From Chrysomallon squamiferum (Eukaryota; Animalia; Mollusca), in NCBI GenBank assembly GCA_012295275.1, contig CM022678.1, positions 13,888,001 through 13,952,000 of the forward strand: 64,000 bases of DNA, read 5' to 3'. The translations under genes and the position numbers were made by a program. Of the stretch, positions 15,621 to 30,800 are shown piece after piece. Each line of letters begins with the position of its first letter. The stretch's first letter is position 1. The notes below the pieces were generated by a model. It had not been told where the DNA came from, ran no database searches, and was given only the letters and a program-made list of their open reading frames with translations.

Positions 15621-17783
15621 CAAAGGAAATATAATATATACATATATATTTATAAACTCGATCGTTCGAGCTATGTAGTGCATAAACAGATATTATAACA
15701 CGAAAACATAAATAAATAAATAAATAAATACTATCTGTATTTTTTCTAGCACGACGAATTAAATTAGCTACGGTTCCTGCAGGCACGACTTTGCTGGATG
15801 CCGAAAACACTCAAGTCTATAATATCAGTGGCCTTCTCAACGACGGCTTCCTTGATTCAGTCGGCGAATACATCCTCCTCACCGTGCTCAACGTTAATGA
15901 ACCACCTGTTTTCAACGAAGAACTTTATTATTGCACTCTTGTGGAACCGTCGGTAAGTACGAAACTATACGGTTCTGTGACCTGAACGCTTCTCAGCATC
16001 TGTCATTTATTAAATGTGGCAGGTTAATTTCCAGTTCCAATCCCATTCGACTACTTCATCAAATATATCTTATACTTTACTGCCCGAATTTAAAGCGATG
16101 TATAAGATTCCTCTCTGCTTATTTAAAGTGATTCAAGGCAGCAGAGTTTTTAATTCTCTCATATCAGCTAATAGAAACGCACTCGTTGTCGTCGCTTCTG
16201 TACAAATAAATAACTGATAAAAGAAAGAATTTGCTGTAGTAGAGGAGTTATATCAGTAATAATAATAGAGAAAAATTAAATATAATGAGACTGATTATTG
16301 TTACTGCTGTTGTTTTCAATCACTGTTTCAGGATATAAATCCGAGTCCTAGCTGTGACCTACAGGCGATGACAATAACAGATCCTGAAGGAGACACTATA
16401 ACTCGCGTGTACTTCGCACCAGGTAACAACAGTGAACGATTCAGATGGGACAATGCCGCAGAGAGACTTTCGTTTCAAACCGGCGTGTACGACGTTGATC
16501 AGTCTGGATTTCCAACAAGTGTGCTTCTAACCATCAACGCTGAGGACAATAAAGGGGAGACGGGCACGTCAAAAATCCTCATAACAATAACTGACCAAAA
16601 TGACAACATTCCTGTTTTTGGGCAGACCATTCAGTCATTCACAATCACGCAAGGAGTTACTAAACTGGGCAGTTTAGGCGTGATCACGGTAACTGACGCT
16701 GATTTGACGTCACCAAATAACAAAGTCGATCTACAGTTAGTAAAATCAACACCACCAGAAGGCATTGCTTATTGCAACGTCATCGGAAACAACGACGGCA
16801 CTGCTGAAGTCCGATATACAAACAACAATTTCGAGGCATCAGTAGGAGGTACAACTGTATTTCTCACTATTAAAGCCACGGATAGGGGAACTCCTCAGAA
16901 AACATCATCAGGTACTGTAGCAGTGACCTTCGTTACGACAACAACGTCAACGACAACAACGACCACGACAACAACAACAACTGCCACTACAACGACTACA
17001 ACAGCAGCCCCTGGGTTCTTTGATGTTCCTGCTAACGTGGCAATATTTGCCGTACTTATGTCTTTACTGGGCCTCATGTTTCTGGCAACACTTTTTTTTT
17101 GCTTTAGATACGCCGTGAGGGGATCATGTACTGGGCCTGGTGGAGCATGTGATTTCTCTGAGTAAGTGTTTTATTTCTGTCACTCTCTGCTCTGTCTTAC
17201 ATGTAGAACGCTGAGGTCTTACTGGTTTTTGGATGCATCCTCAGTTTAATTGCCTGTTTCCCAGTCCTTCAAGCTGCATAAAAAATATTTTCGGGTAAGA
17301 ATAACCTATCTCTATGATTAAGTTTATGTTTGTACACGTCTTTAGATTCAGATGAAATAATAAAAATTACATTATATTAAATAAAAATGGCACGCAATTA
17401 TGTTAACTTTTCAATCATTAGATTGGACTTTATTTTCAGAACGAGTAACATCCGGCAAGTCACACCAGTCAGACATGCGCATTACGGACACGAATACGAA
17501 AGGTATTATACAGCTAAAGTACACATTCCTTTGTCTGTGTGTTTGTGTGCATGCATACATACATACATAAAACACGAACACAGATATACACACAAAAAAC
17601 TGCAGTCATTGATAGACCTGATCAGCAAACAGGATAAGAGAAAAGAATTTTGGGATTTTTGAAATATATTTTGTTGAAAACTTAATTATAAAAGCTATGG
17701 AATAACAGAAAGTCATCTACAAAATGTATTTCTAGAACTTCAGAATCGTATCACGATTTATATCCAACCTTATTCTATGTCAA

Positions 17784-17821
<38 letters not shown>

Positions 17822-18888
17822 TACTTTATACTTGTTTTAATTATTATTATTATTAACACACCTTCATTTATTTATTTATTAAAATTTCATTTAATATTAC
17901 AATACGCGGAAAATTATTATATTTTTATAATAATAATTAATTTAAATTTTCTTAGAAAGTAGCCATAAAATATATAAATAAGTAATAAGTAAATAATCTG
18001 TCACGTATGACTAAAATAATTTCTGTAAACATCAAAAATTGTGCAAATATTTAATGATTTAATTTACTTCTAATTCTTTTCACTTTCAAAAATAATATTT
18101 CTATAAACTTATGCTGAATTCATATTGAAGTAGAGTAAAGATGATGCTGATGGTTATTATTATTATTATTATTATCACTATTATTATTATGATCATATAT
18201 ATATAAAATCATTTAAAACTTTCCGCTCTTCTACAAGATCCTAACAAAGACTGTAGGGATGTTATTTTGTGTTTCTTAAACTTGTGAAGTGCTTGCAGTA
18301 ATAATCAGTAAATCTGTCTGACCTGTCTGCTTGTTTTCTACCTACCTATAAATCGGTAATCTCTTTGTTGCATAAGATTAATGTATGATTACTTCAACTA
18401 TCGTGATTTAATTTATTTATTTAATTGTAGTGGATTAAAAAAAAAAAAAAAATACAGATTTTTATTTCATTTAATTTTTTTTTTCTTGTAATAAATAATA
18501 ATTGTCCAGGTTTCGCGGATCTAGAAATAGTTCCCCGCAGGAGCGATTCCACACTGACCAACGACGTGGTAATCAGAGATACCCGGACAGACAATTATCG
18601 AGACAGTCCCGCCCTATGCGAGACCCGGGACAAAGAGATCCCGATTATAGATCAGCTGATTACAAAGATGAATTTTGGAGAACAGGTAAATAACTAGGCC
18701 ATTGTACACTCAGATAATTTATTTGAAAGGCAAGCTTACATACTTACATATATGCGTAAATTGAGGCAAATGAGGTACTTGCCTCATACCGGATCTGACA
18801 ATTTTTTTTTTACTTTTTATTTTATTTTACCCCTCGCCCAAATTGTTTTGCCCCGAACCACTCATTTCAAAATGAGTCTGGTTAGGGC

Positions 18889-18950
<62 letters not shown>

Positions 18951-19094
18951 GCACAATACATTAAAGGCTTGTTATTTTTGTTTTCCACAGGAGATCATTA
19001 CGAAGACGGCAGACCCTGGTCAACAAGTCTGGTCAGACTGGGTGGTATGAGTGGTCAAGGTGGCAGACCTCCCCCAGCAATTAAACCGTACTGA
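10598..19094 (+). CDS. Cadherin-related single-pass receptor, paralog 1 (about 772 aa): signal peptide, 5 cadherin repeats, Thr stalk, TM, cytoplasmic tail
   Basis: 11 exons: 10598-10681, 11183-11402, 13319-13501, 14365-14505, 14801-14932, 15332-15514, 15750-15952, 16332-17161, 17440-17502, 18510-18685, 18991-19094 (TGA); 2319 nt in frame. Signal MATILCIFRSLFYVTFLITCTQVDICDA; cadherin motifs IPENAASG, LDAE, NVNEPPVF, DQNDNIPVF, ATDRGTP; poly-Thr; TM VAIFAVLMSLLGLMFLATLFFCF. The exon 2 acceptor is less certain. Confidence 0.9.
11551..13145. repeat. Intronic minisatellite, 35-bp unit TTAACAAACTGATACACAGATAACA(C/T)TACCCTGTG with 32-bp variants, roughly 45 copies
   Basis: Head-to-tail units with no spacers, filling most of intron 2 of cadherin paralog 1. 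Confidence 0.97.
17815..18170 (+). repeat. Copy 1 of a ~340-bp direct duplication (copy 2 at 19363-19700)
   Basis: Both copies share long identical tracts such as TTAGAAAGTAGCCATAAAATATATAAATAAGTAATAAGTAAATAATCTGTCACGTATGACTAAAATAATTTCTGTAAACATCAAAAATT. Confidence 0.9.
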
Positions 19095-19362
19095 ACCGGT
19101 TATGCTAACAGAATATGCTATCACTGTTTACATCTATTACCACGACACTATTACAGTTATTGTTATAAGCACACACAAACAGACACAGAACAACATTTCT
19201 ATTTCTGTTTGAAATCTCAGCTCTATGCCAAAGTTTATGTTCCCCTGTTGAAAATTCAAGTACATCTTACATGGCTATAGCTTATCACCTGACCACATTA
19301 TCGTGTTATTTTATTTTTATGGTTAACAAAAATCAGAGATGACTTTCGTTCAATTTATTATT

Positions 19363-19700
19363 ATTTGTTTACTTTATACTTTTTTTAATTATTATTATTA
19401 TTAATACACCTTCATTTATTTATTTATTTATTTATTAAATTTAATATTACAATACGAGGAAAATTATTATATTTTTAAAATAATAATTAATTTAAATTTT
19501 ATTAGAAAGTAGCCATAAAATATATAAATAAGTAATAAGTAAATAATCTGTCACGTATGACTAAAATAATTTCTGTAAACATCAAAAATTATTTTATTTA
19601 CTTCTAATTCTTTTCACTTTCAAAAATAACATTTCTATAAACTTATGCTGAATTCATATTGAAGTAGAGTAAAGATGATGATGATGGTTATTATTATTAT
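19363..19700 (+). repeat. Copy 2 of the ~340-bp direct duplication, downstream of the paralog 1 stop codon
   Basis: Aligns with 17815-18170 apart from a few substitutions and small indels. Confidence 0.9.
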
Positions 19701-20321
19701 TGCATTTAACTCAGCGTTAATTTATATTCGTCCATATAGTAGAATTTAAATATTTACTATTTTTTGGTCAATACTTATTTTTACAGTTAATGATAGTTAA
19801 ATCTAGTAAAAATAATTCCAGTAAACTTATTTCAGAAAAGATAGAGAAAAATGTTAAAAATACATTTAGCTTATTTATAATCAATATTGTATTGTATTAA
19901 TTAAAAATTATTACAATTAGCAAAGATTAATTTGTTTCTTTATAATATTTAAACTCCTATGCTACATATATTAAAACAAAAGCTATTTAAAGGCTGGCTT
20001 TATTATATAAACATGACAAACAGAATAGTAAACGTTCTTATGATCTGTAATTAAGCTGTGAAATAGTTGAAAAATGTATGTCTGGATTTTTATTTATACT
20101 GGTTGTGTATGTGTCAGTTTGCATCGAATATTTATGTGATCATTATACTCGAAACAAAATAACATTGACTTACATTTTAAAACTCCAGAATAACCTAATA
20201 ATGATTCACTTCCATTTTATGTATGTGCGTGTATGGGAGTGGTATGTATACTTTATGATCTACACATCTATATCTATATCTATATATCTCTATATCTATC
20301 TCTCTCTATATATATATGTAT

Positions 20322-20606
20322 AGCTGGGGCGGATTCAGCTTTTCTGATGAGAGAGGGTCCGTGACAAAAACGGCATCATAACATTTTGAAAAGGCACAAC
20401 TGAAAAATTACACACAGTTCACATGGACCATAAAATAATATGCTGGCAGAGGTTTTCTACTGTGTTCTATACATTGACAAAAAAATCTAAAAAAACAACT
20501 AAATCAATTTGTAAAGAACCTAAAAATTCTAAATAAAAGGGGCACTTCTCAATTTTGAGGGTGGTCCTGACGCCTAGGACACCGCCTTACCAGAACCGCC
20601 ACAGTG
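20322..20606. mobile_element. Degenerate MITE-like element
   Basis: Left end CTGGGGCGGATTCAG versus the reverse complement of the right end, CTGTGGCGGTTCTGG; relatively GC-rich interior between TA-rich flanks. Confidence 0.4.
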
Positions 20607-21160
20607 TATATAATATAGATATAAATATATACATGTTACGAATTAATTTCAAATAAAACTTTTATACTTTAATTTCTGTGTTTTGTTTTAATTCTCTTCA
20701 GTTTACTCGGTTAAAATATAGAAATGAAAATCTGTTTTAATTACGTTAGTGTCGTTAATTATTTAAAACAAAAATTGTAAATAGAAAACAGTAAGAAGTT
20801 CATGAATATCATACGAAAATAATGAATGAAAAAAAACCAAAAAAACAAAAAAGAACTGTTTTTACTTCTTTTTCTTTTTTATTGTCCTTCATATTCCCTA
20901 AATTTAATTCATTCATGTTTACGATAACTTTCTGACCAAATAAAAATGTAATGAATACTTATTGTACTTATTTTTCTGTTTTTGTTAATTAAATAAAGTA
21001 GGTTAATGGTGCTCACATTGCTTTTTTTTTTTTTTTTTTTTATCTCCTTCTGTAAGTTAATATCTTAATTATTTTTTGGATTTTCAGCTATAACTATCAG
21101 CAGTGGCGGTTCTATTTTGAAACTAATTGAGCTTCATCCTTGATAATAATTCACTGTGAG

Positions 21161-21162
<2 letters not shown>

Positions 21163-21237
<75 letters not shown>

Positions 21238-21282
21238 TGTGTGTGTGTGTGAGTGAGTGTGTGTGTATGAGTGTGTGTGTGT
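21163..21282. repeat. (TG)n microsatellite
   Basis: Read directly. Confidence 0.95.
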
Positions 21283-21656
21283 GGCTAAATAAAAAACTTA
21301 AACAGAGCAACAGACAAACGAGAAATTAGTGATATGCTATTTATTTTCTTTAGTATAAAATTAATGCTTTATGTTTACCCTACCTGTTCTGTCTATTGAG
21401 ACGTCACGATGTTTAAACAGTGGCAGTTTTCCAGTGTGTTTGGTTTAATTACACACGATTGAGGATAGGTGTAAACTTCGTGGGGTATTTTTTGACGCCA
21501 GTAAAAGAAAAAATTATTCTAAATCTGGAATTACATGGGGAAAAATTATTCTCACTAGAACGCGAATATAATTAAAATCTGTTACTTTTTTGGTAAAATC
21601 TTAAATAATAGAAGAAAAGAAAAAAGGAAAAATAAATTTCATTTTGTTTTGTTCAA

Positions 21657-21800
21657 ATGAGAAAAATGTGCCACAAAAAAGCAGGATTTGTAAAAGTCAA
21701 TGCAGTGTGGTCGAGTATTATTGTATACTTTAGTCTACCAGTAAGTTGATTTATTTATCTCTCTCTGTCTGTATATTTATCCATAATATGTGTCTGATTG

Positions 21801-21898
<98 letters not shown>

Positions 21899-24800
21899 AA
21901 TTAATAAGCCAGTCCACAACTGTACCTGACTATCTGTCAGTCAGTCCGTCTCTCTCTAACTCCGTCGTCTATCTGTTGGTCTTTTTGACCTTCTGTCGTG
22001 TCTCTATCTCTGTGCATATCTATATAAGTTATAAGCTATATAAGTATGTTTGGTTTGTTATTTTAATTTTAATTTTATTTTATATATATATATATATATA
22101 TGTATATATTGATTTGTTTTTTGTTTTGGGGTTTATTTTCTTTTTTCTTTATTTTTTAATACTCTGGCAACTTACAATGATAACATGTGTAACGTCTTTA
22201 AATATGATTTAATTAATATTATAAGTTATTTTGAATAATATCTTCATGTATAATACGAAACTATGCATAACTGTTTTAACCATTCATTTAATCAAGTTGT
22301 TTTACGAAGTGTCTTTAACCATAGAAATAATCTCTAATTAAAAAAGAAGAACAAAAAAGAAAAATAATGAAAATAACACACACACAAAAAGCGCGCGAGA
22401 ACACACATTTACATAAATACAAACAGATGGGTTCAGAGTTTCTATAAAATATTGCCATAAGTTGCTAATTTTTATTAAAATTATATCTATTTTAATATTA
22501 GTTAATAATGAAACATTAAAAGAAAGTTCGCTTGCATGCTTTTACTGTGTGGATGTTGCAAATGAATCGAAATTCCATTTTGTAACAATGTCAGTACCGA
22601 TCCATTTATTTTGTTATCAAAGAAAACATTAAATGAGTCGTTATTATGTAAAGATGCAAAAATTACTGTGATAAATTTATATCGTAATGGTTCGCTTCCT
22701 TCTCTGTGTCACGTGCCAAACAAGGGAGATTTCCCCCAGATACAGCTTATCTAATTAGATGTTGTTGTTTATACAGGTTGAAGATCCCATTTCCGAAATT
22801 TCGGAAGTACTGATGTCTTACAGTTTTATGACTTTTTGGCATACAAATTTTATTTTATGCTCCAAATTATTAAAAATATTTTATTAGCTGTGTAAGCTGT
22901 ATATGAAAAATAAACGGAATTCTTACTTAGACTTAAATTCTATTCTCACGCTCTCTACTTATATTTCAAAATCCAAAATATTCTGAAATCGAAAACTTTT
23001 CCGATCCCAAGCATTTCAGTATATAGGATTCTGAACCTGTAATTACAATTTTTTAACTATGTTCTTTCATAATAATTGTTATAATACTGTCTTATAATTA
23101 AATTACTAAACTAAATAAAAGGCATTTATTTAACTGTCTTTTTGATATTTGTTCTGTGTTTCAGTAATTTGATTTCTTTGTTCCCAGAGAGACAAAAAAA
23201 AAAAAAGAAAAGAAAAGGAAGTGAAGATAAATTTCCATTTTTACAACGTTTTAAACATATGTTCTTGATAAATAAGTATTAATTTTAATCTAAATAAACT
23301 CATTTTTATTTAAACTGAAACAAATAAAATACCAATATTGTCACTAAGCAATTCACATATCACAAAATCAGAAGTTTTTCTCCTTATTATCAATATTTGT
23401 GTTACACAAAAGAATCAGTGTAGATAAGTATAAAAGATCTCTCGAGAATGACTATATGTAAATAAATGTTTCTTGAGATTTGTTAGTTTCATATTGCAAG
23501 AGTGATATTTCAGTTTCAGACAACTGGAATAACATGAATCATCTTTTTTCTCATAGGACGGCACCAAACATACTCAGCTGTATTATTACGCACAAAAATG
23601 GAAGATTTCAGATTTGATTTTTCACCATACGTCACTATATTGTACCCAGTTTGACCTATATGATACTAACACAATACAAAAACACACACAAATGTAGTCA
23701 TTTACTGACATAAATGGTTTCTTTTTAAGTGTTTTCTATTCTCATCGACTACGTCAACATTGACGAAGAATCCAGTGATTAAAGACGTGAATATTGTCAA
23801 TGTCTTCGAAGACCAGATGCTGCAAGAGGCACTGACAACCATCTACTGCAGTGACACCACGTCAGCTGATGGAAAGTGTTCATCGTGTAATGTTGTATCT
23901 TGGCGACCGCTCAGTGGCACAAATACTTTTGATGTATGGAAGAAATCAACGTCATCAGGTTAATTCAGATATTGTTATTCTTGTTGATAATTCATCTAAG
24001 TAATGTCCAGTCCATTGTTGATAATGGCAATGATGATTATGATGAAGTGATGTCTCACTTATTTTTCTTTTATTCTCCCTCTAATGGCTTTCTTAGTCTT
24101 CACGACAGCTTCACAGGCTTCATCTGTCTCTGTTTTTTTCTTTAACTCTACTTTCATTGCAACTATATTCTGACACGACTTTCATTTGTTAACAATAGTC
24201 CATAAGATAGCTTAGTCCTATGCTGTAAACAAGATCCTGTAAACAAGTCCTAAACAATAGTAAAATTCACTAAATGCTGAATGCTCTATCTTCCAGATTT
24301 TCAGTTGTTTTACGTCGCAGGTGTAGCCGGACAAGATCTTAATTACGAAGTTATCCGATCATACTTTGTGGATGTTCGTTGTTACGCTGGCGACAAAGTT
24401 TCCTATGATGTCAAAACCGTAGAGATAGACGTACATCCAAACAAGCCACCTGTGATAAAAGAGTCATCCTTGTGTAAAATACCCGGATGTCTAACTGGCT
24501 CAATGTTAGGTTAGTAAACACCAAAAGTTAGTGACTATGGTATAATCTGGTATTATTTACTTCCTACTTAGTCGTTCATTTGTTTATTTACCACGTATTT
24601 TGTTACTAACTTATTTCTTCATATTCTTATTTATTTACTGGGTGTTTTTTTTGTTTTTTTACACATTTATATATATTTTGTTGTCGTTTTTTTTTTACTG
24701 TTAATTTATTTATTTTGATTTTGATTTATTAACTATTTTATTGATAAACAGCCGACATAACAATAGATGTGCAGACGTTCTCTGATGCTTATGTCTACCA

Positions 24801-27800
24801 AGTTGTGGCACAAGATCCAGAAGACGACCCACTGTCGTACACAATGTATACCGATGTTGCTGACGTCGACTTCTTCACAATGACAAGTATGTAGATAAAA
24901 CAAGCAATAGGAAGATTTTTTCCCTCTTTATTTCACAATTATACACCAGGATTAAAAATGTATTTTAAATTGTTTTTAATTAATGTAAATACATTTTTTA
25001 TTTAATTCATCTATTTAACTCTAAAGCTGGTTATTTTATTATTTGTATACTTTGCTAGTGTAAAGATTATTTTATAGACTTGTTAATTATGATTAATAAC
25101 ATGATGTACATAATGTTGATGATATTAAACCGATTATTTTTAATCAGCCGATGGAGTGATTCTTGTCTCTAAGGATTTGAAAACATCTACAGTAGAAAAT
25201 ATTCCACTGAAAGTCAACATCAGTGATGGTAGAAATAATATTGGTCCATTTACAGTCAATATCAGACTTCAGAGTAAGTTATTTTGTAAACACAGTAACT
25301 CACTGTGATATTTGTTCAATAATTCTCAGATACAGGTTTATAATATAATAACTTTTTATGTTTATTCAGAATAATATAAAACTTATAAAGTATTTGGTAT
25401 GAATATATTTGTGACCCAGCTCATAAAATTGAGGAATAAGTGGGAAATTTGTATTTATTTTTCCAGTTTAATGTGTCACGTGAAAGCAAATTTTATTGGC
25501 TTTACAATAGTACCAAGTATTGCTTTTTTGGTTGCATAATTATTGACTAGTTTTTTTTTTAAAGAGAATCTCTATGAAGAGACTTTTTGAAAAACAATTC
25601 CAAGTAAAACTTTAAAGTTTAATCAAGTATTTTTTTAAATTTCAACATAGACATATCCTGCCAAGATGAAATCTGGCACAATGACAAATCAAAAACATGC
25701 TGTAAATTTGAAAAACAACACTACAATAGACAGAAAAAGGTTTTATGTTCAATCTGTGAAACATCATGCTGTGCTTGATATTGCAGAATGTTGATGGCAA
25801 AATGAGTGAATTTTTTCAAACAGATTCCACTGTTGGTAGCTGTTCAGGTACAATTGGATGGTGTTGGTACAATTGAAGTAGCAGGGGAATGAGCTCCTTG
25901 CCAGTGCAGCAAACAGAATTGCAGTTCATCTATTCACTTGGCAGCATACAATCAAGGAGCTAGCCCAGGCATCATCAGACCTCTGGATGCCACTGCTTGA
26001 GATGTATATAGTTGATCAATATATAGGCATATAAAGCAGATCTTAAATTTCAATATCTGTAATGGATTCACTATTAACTGGAATTGCTGGAATTGAATTG
26101 CTTCATGCCAAGCAGTAGCTTGAAAGATGTCAGCTAGGAAGGTCTGTAAGTCAATGGGACTTTGATCTGGCCAAAACTTTATATGACCAGCCACCATGAA
26201 GTTTAATTCAATGGTTTAGTGAAGACAATAGATTGTCCTTCTAATGAAATAAAACAACATGTGTCAGTTTGTATTTTGACCAGCACAGTGGAGATGCATT
26301 GGCTCTTCACTAAGCCACATACTAGAAGTTATGGATGTCATCATTATTTCAATAAATAAAAATGTACCTGATGCTTGGTAATGAATTCACTGAATTCCAA
26401 CTTTGGTATTTGTTCAGGGCAGATTGAATCCAGGTACACATCAATGAAATGATTATGTGGTTGATGTCATAAGAGAGGATCCTCTCACTCTTTCTACCAT
26501 TTTGTGTTTGGTAACCCTGATGATATTTTTATAAAGAAACATACCAATAACTTTGCTTCATTCAAAATTTTAAATAACACCTGTCCATGTCAAAAGTGAT
26601 ATATATATATATATATATGTTTTTTTTAGCTTAATTTATTTCATAATTTATTTTGACAAATATCAATATCATAATGTAGAAAGGCAGTTTTAAATTAAAC
26701 TGCTGTATTTCAGAACTATTCTACTCAGGTATGGATAAATCAAAATGTTGCTGCACACGCATTTTTGCCATCAGTCAGATACTAGGAACTTGTTCCGATG
26801 CATTCTGACTGTTATGTCTGTGTCATTTTACTTCTCCTCATTACAGACATACACCTAGCAGCACGAGGGAAAACATTTTCAGTTACAACATAAAATAGAA
26901 ATGCTATACATTAGAGTGCCTATAATGCATGCAGCAGTTCGTCTCAAATATAACATTACATTATAATTTATTATTAATTTTTATGTTAAATTTCAGGTAT
27001 GATTTTGTTTATTAGATAATAATTAATAGTAATATGTACATTATGAGTGGCAGAGCAAGCCATGTCATGGTTAGAATAGCATAACTAAAATAGCACCTGC
27101 CATGACAGTTAATTGAAGTATTGTAGCTTAGTATTTGTCCTTTCCTTTATGTTCATCTTGCTGTCAGTGATTTCTTCATCTACAGGAGTCCATTATCAAA
27201 ACATGGACTCGTTCAAGCTGGAAACTGTTGGTTTCAGCTGTCACTTGGTCTTCTCACCACTTTGGTATTCGGAACAGAAAACAACACTTCTTGATTCACA
27301 GATAACAATCAAATCCAACAAATTACTATTTGATAAATAAATATGGCAATATGTCAAATTAAATTTTTCTATTCAAACATACAATTCTTGCACTTTGAGG
27401 ATGAATTGCCAGATTTGGCATTCCCAACCTATTCCTGAAATAGGGTTTTTTTGTCACATGTATAAATTCATAAATTTATCTAGTCATCTAATCATGGCTC
27501 TGTGTATCTAGGTACAGTGATGGCAGTATTTTGTGTGTGTGTCTGTACACACAAACACACACGGACACAAACACATACATACTTTAAAATAAAATACATA
27601 ATTAAAAATTGGAAAATTAATGTAGGTTTACCTGTGTTTTAGATGAATTTTGAAATAGATAACAGTCTTCTGAAATAAGTGACACTTGTTTTTATTTTGC
27701 AGATGTCAACAAACGACCCGATATAACAAATCTGCCCAAGAAGGTGACACTGAGAGAAGATGCTGCAGTGGGAACTCTGGTTTCTACTCTGATAATTAAA

Positions 27801-30800
27801 GATGACACTACTAACAGTCTATTTTACACACTTCCCAACAGCAAACCATGTACAGCTATACCTAAATCAGAAGATTACAAGTTTGCCTATAACCCAACAA
27901 GTAAGACATTTTAAATTAAAATGTTCTGCTAAACAGGTAATATGTTAAAGTTGCCTTAGCTGATAGAATAAATCACTTAAATACATTTTACCTGTTATTA
28001 CAGATGAGATAACTAAAATAAATAGCTTGAATAACTTTATTACATTTCCAACTGACATCCTTTATGTTTATTGTTATTAGTCATTATAACTTAAGAATAA
28101 TCTTTTTGGATTATTAAAGCATATTAATAAGACTTCCTTGATAATTTATAAAAGTGTTATTATTCTTTTTAGAGACTTATTTTGTCTGCATGACTCTGTT
28201 CCTGTTATATATAAAAAAAGTATGAAACAAATACATAAATAAAAATTAAAAAATTAAAAAATAATAATTTTGTTCCCTGAACAGCTAAACAAATAACACT
28301 TGCGAAACCACTTGATGCTGAAAAGGTCAACTACTACAACATATCATGCCGTGTGAACAATGGCTACCTGGACTCAGTGGGCGAGTACATTGAACTCTAT
28401 GTTGTGAATGTCAATGAACCACCAGTGTTCAATGAGAAAGTCTATGCTTGTAGTATGTATGAATCAAAGGTAACTTCCAACAAACTAGACTATATTAGTT
28501 AATCATTGATTCATGATAAGTGTTCTTTAATTCATGCATAATTTTGTTTACACAGATACTCACACATACATAAAAACATTCATGCTTATTTTGACACATA
28601 CATACACAAATACTTAGAAACATATATTTTTTTTTCAGATGTATAATATTATAGGTTCCTATGGTATAGATGAAACAAAATAAATAAATAAATAAACACA
28701 CACACAAAAAAACTATATCTCTGTGTATTCTAACAAAAGTTATGGCTGATAATTTTCTGGTTTTTCAATAAAAAATATTTGCTTTCTGAAGTCATGATGC
28801 CAAAATCTGTTTTAGTGGTGCAGCAAAAAATGGCTCTTGAAGCAAGTTTCTCTCAGTATTAATGTAAAATAATAATTATAATCAATTTTTTCTAATTCAA
28901 ATACTGTTCTGTTTAGAATTAAAAAACCTGTGTAAAGAGATGTTACACGACTTACAATGAACATGACTGGGTATGTTGACAGGCAGTGTTAAAGGACAAG
29001 TACTTTCAGGGCAAGTTATAGTTCCTTTTCTAACAGAGCAGTATGCTCATAAAACTATTTCAATTTGTATTTTTCTAGGGCATTATCAGAGAATTAGCTA
29101 GTTTCTACATTTGATGCTGACATTGTTATGTTGTTAACATTAAAACATAAAGTTCATTTCAATTTCCAAACAGTTTATTTTGTTTCAAAAATGGCTACCA
29201 ACAGAAATTGACGCAGACTCCCGGTGACGTCATATAATACTATCTCCCTTATTCCGGTTCCCATAAACATCGTAAACTGTAACAATGTTAACCATAACAC
29301 CATTTAGATACAACACTTCCTCCCCTCCAAATTTTCAGTTTACCCACAAATTATGTTATATCTAAAATTCTAAAATACATTTGTGTGATTTACTAATTAG
29401 TAATAATTAAACAACTGAACTTTGAACTTAACAAATAAACCATTTTTTTTTTTTTTTTTTTTTTTTTTTATTGGACACCCTTATAGTTCAATTACAGTTT
29501 ATCAAATATGTCCATTGGTCACATATGAAACTTCAAAAAATAATTTAAAAAATAACACTAATTCTACAATCTTTCAATGAATTCCATATTACACAGATTC
29601 AGATTAAATCACTTTAAATAGTTTCTATCAGTCTTTGAGTTGTTTTTCGAGCACGTCTAGGATATCTTGTGGTTGATGGTATTGGTAGTTGCTGTACATC
29701 GTCAACAGTATTGTCGATGGCATTAGAAGCATCCTCTACGGCATTAGAAGTAACTGTTCTGTTTTTCATCTCAGTCTCTTCCACCTGAACGGTTGGTTCA
29801 ACAAATTCCATTTCAGACTCAGTACCAATTGCAGACAGTTCTGGGGAAGGGTTCCTATTATCCTCCAAATGCACACATTTACGAAGTTGATCCACATGTC
29901 TTTTACACACAAAATCTCCAACTTTCACTCTGTAGGTAACAGGCCCTAGCTGTCACAGTACTTTTCCACTCAACCACTTGTCAGATCCTCTGTAGTTCTT
30001 CACTTGTACTGAATCTCCAACATTGAACACAACTGCTCTGGCATTCCATAACTTGCAAAGAGACTTCTCAATGTCTCTACTGCATGCGTTGCTCTGGTAC
30101 TGGACATTCGAAAAACTTCCATCCATTTAGAATGTGCATTTTGGTGGGCCAAATCCATGCATTAGGTGTACCTTTTGGCATGACTGTTTGTTGTAGTTGG
30201 CAACACTTACACTTGCTAACTTTCTTTTCTATGTCAATATCCATATGAGGCCACCACACATGCATTCTAGCCAAAGATTTCATTCGCACAATTCCAGGAT
30301 GATTTTCATGAAGATAATACAGATAATAATCTGTTCGATATTTATCGGGAATAATCACTCGCATTCCTCTGAGAAGACAGTGTTCCTCCACGGTTAATTC
30401 ATCTTTCACTCTGAAATACGGTAACAGCTCAGGTGAAATAGAAGACTCTTTTGGCCATCCATACATGTTATAATGTACAACCCGAGATAACACTTTGTCA
30501 ACTTCAGTTGCTTTAGCAATATTTCTTGCAGTGATAGGTAATCCACTGACTTGATTTCTCAATGCTTGCTTGTGTTCATGCCAAAACACATTTTCAGATA
30601 TTTCTTCAGTTTGCAGAAGTGATAGTCGGGACAGTGCATCAGCATTTCCGTTTTTGGTAGTTTTTCTGTACTTAATGTCAAACTGATATGCGGCTAACTG
30701 AATAGCCCAATGCTGTAGTCGAGAGGCTGTCAGAACAGGAATATTCTTTTTAGGTCCAAGAATCATTGTCAGTGGTTTATGATTTGTGAACAAAGTAAAT

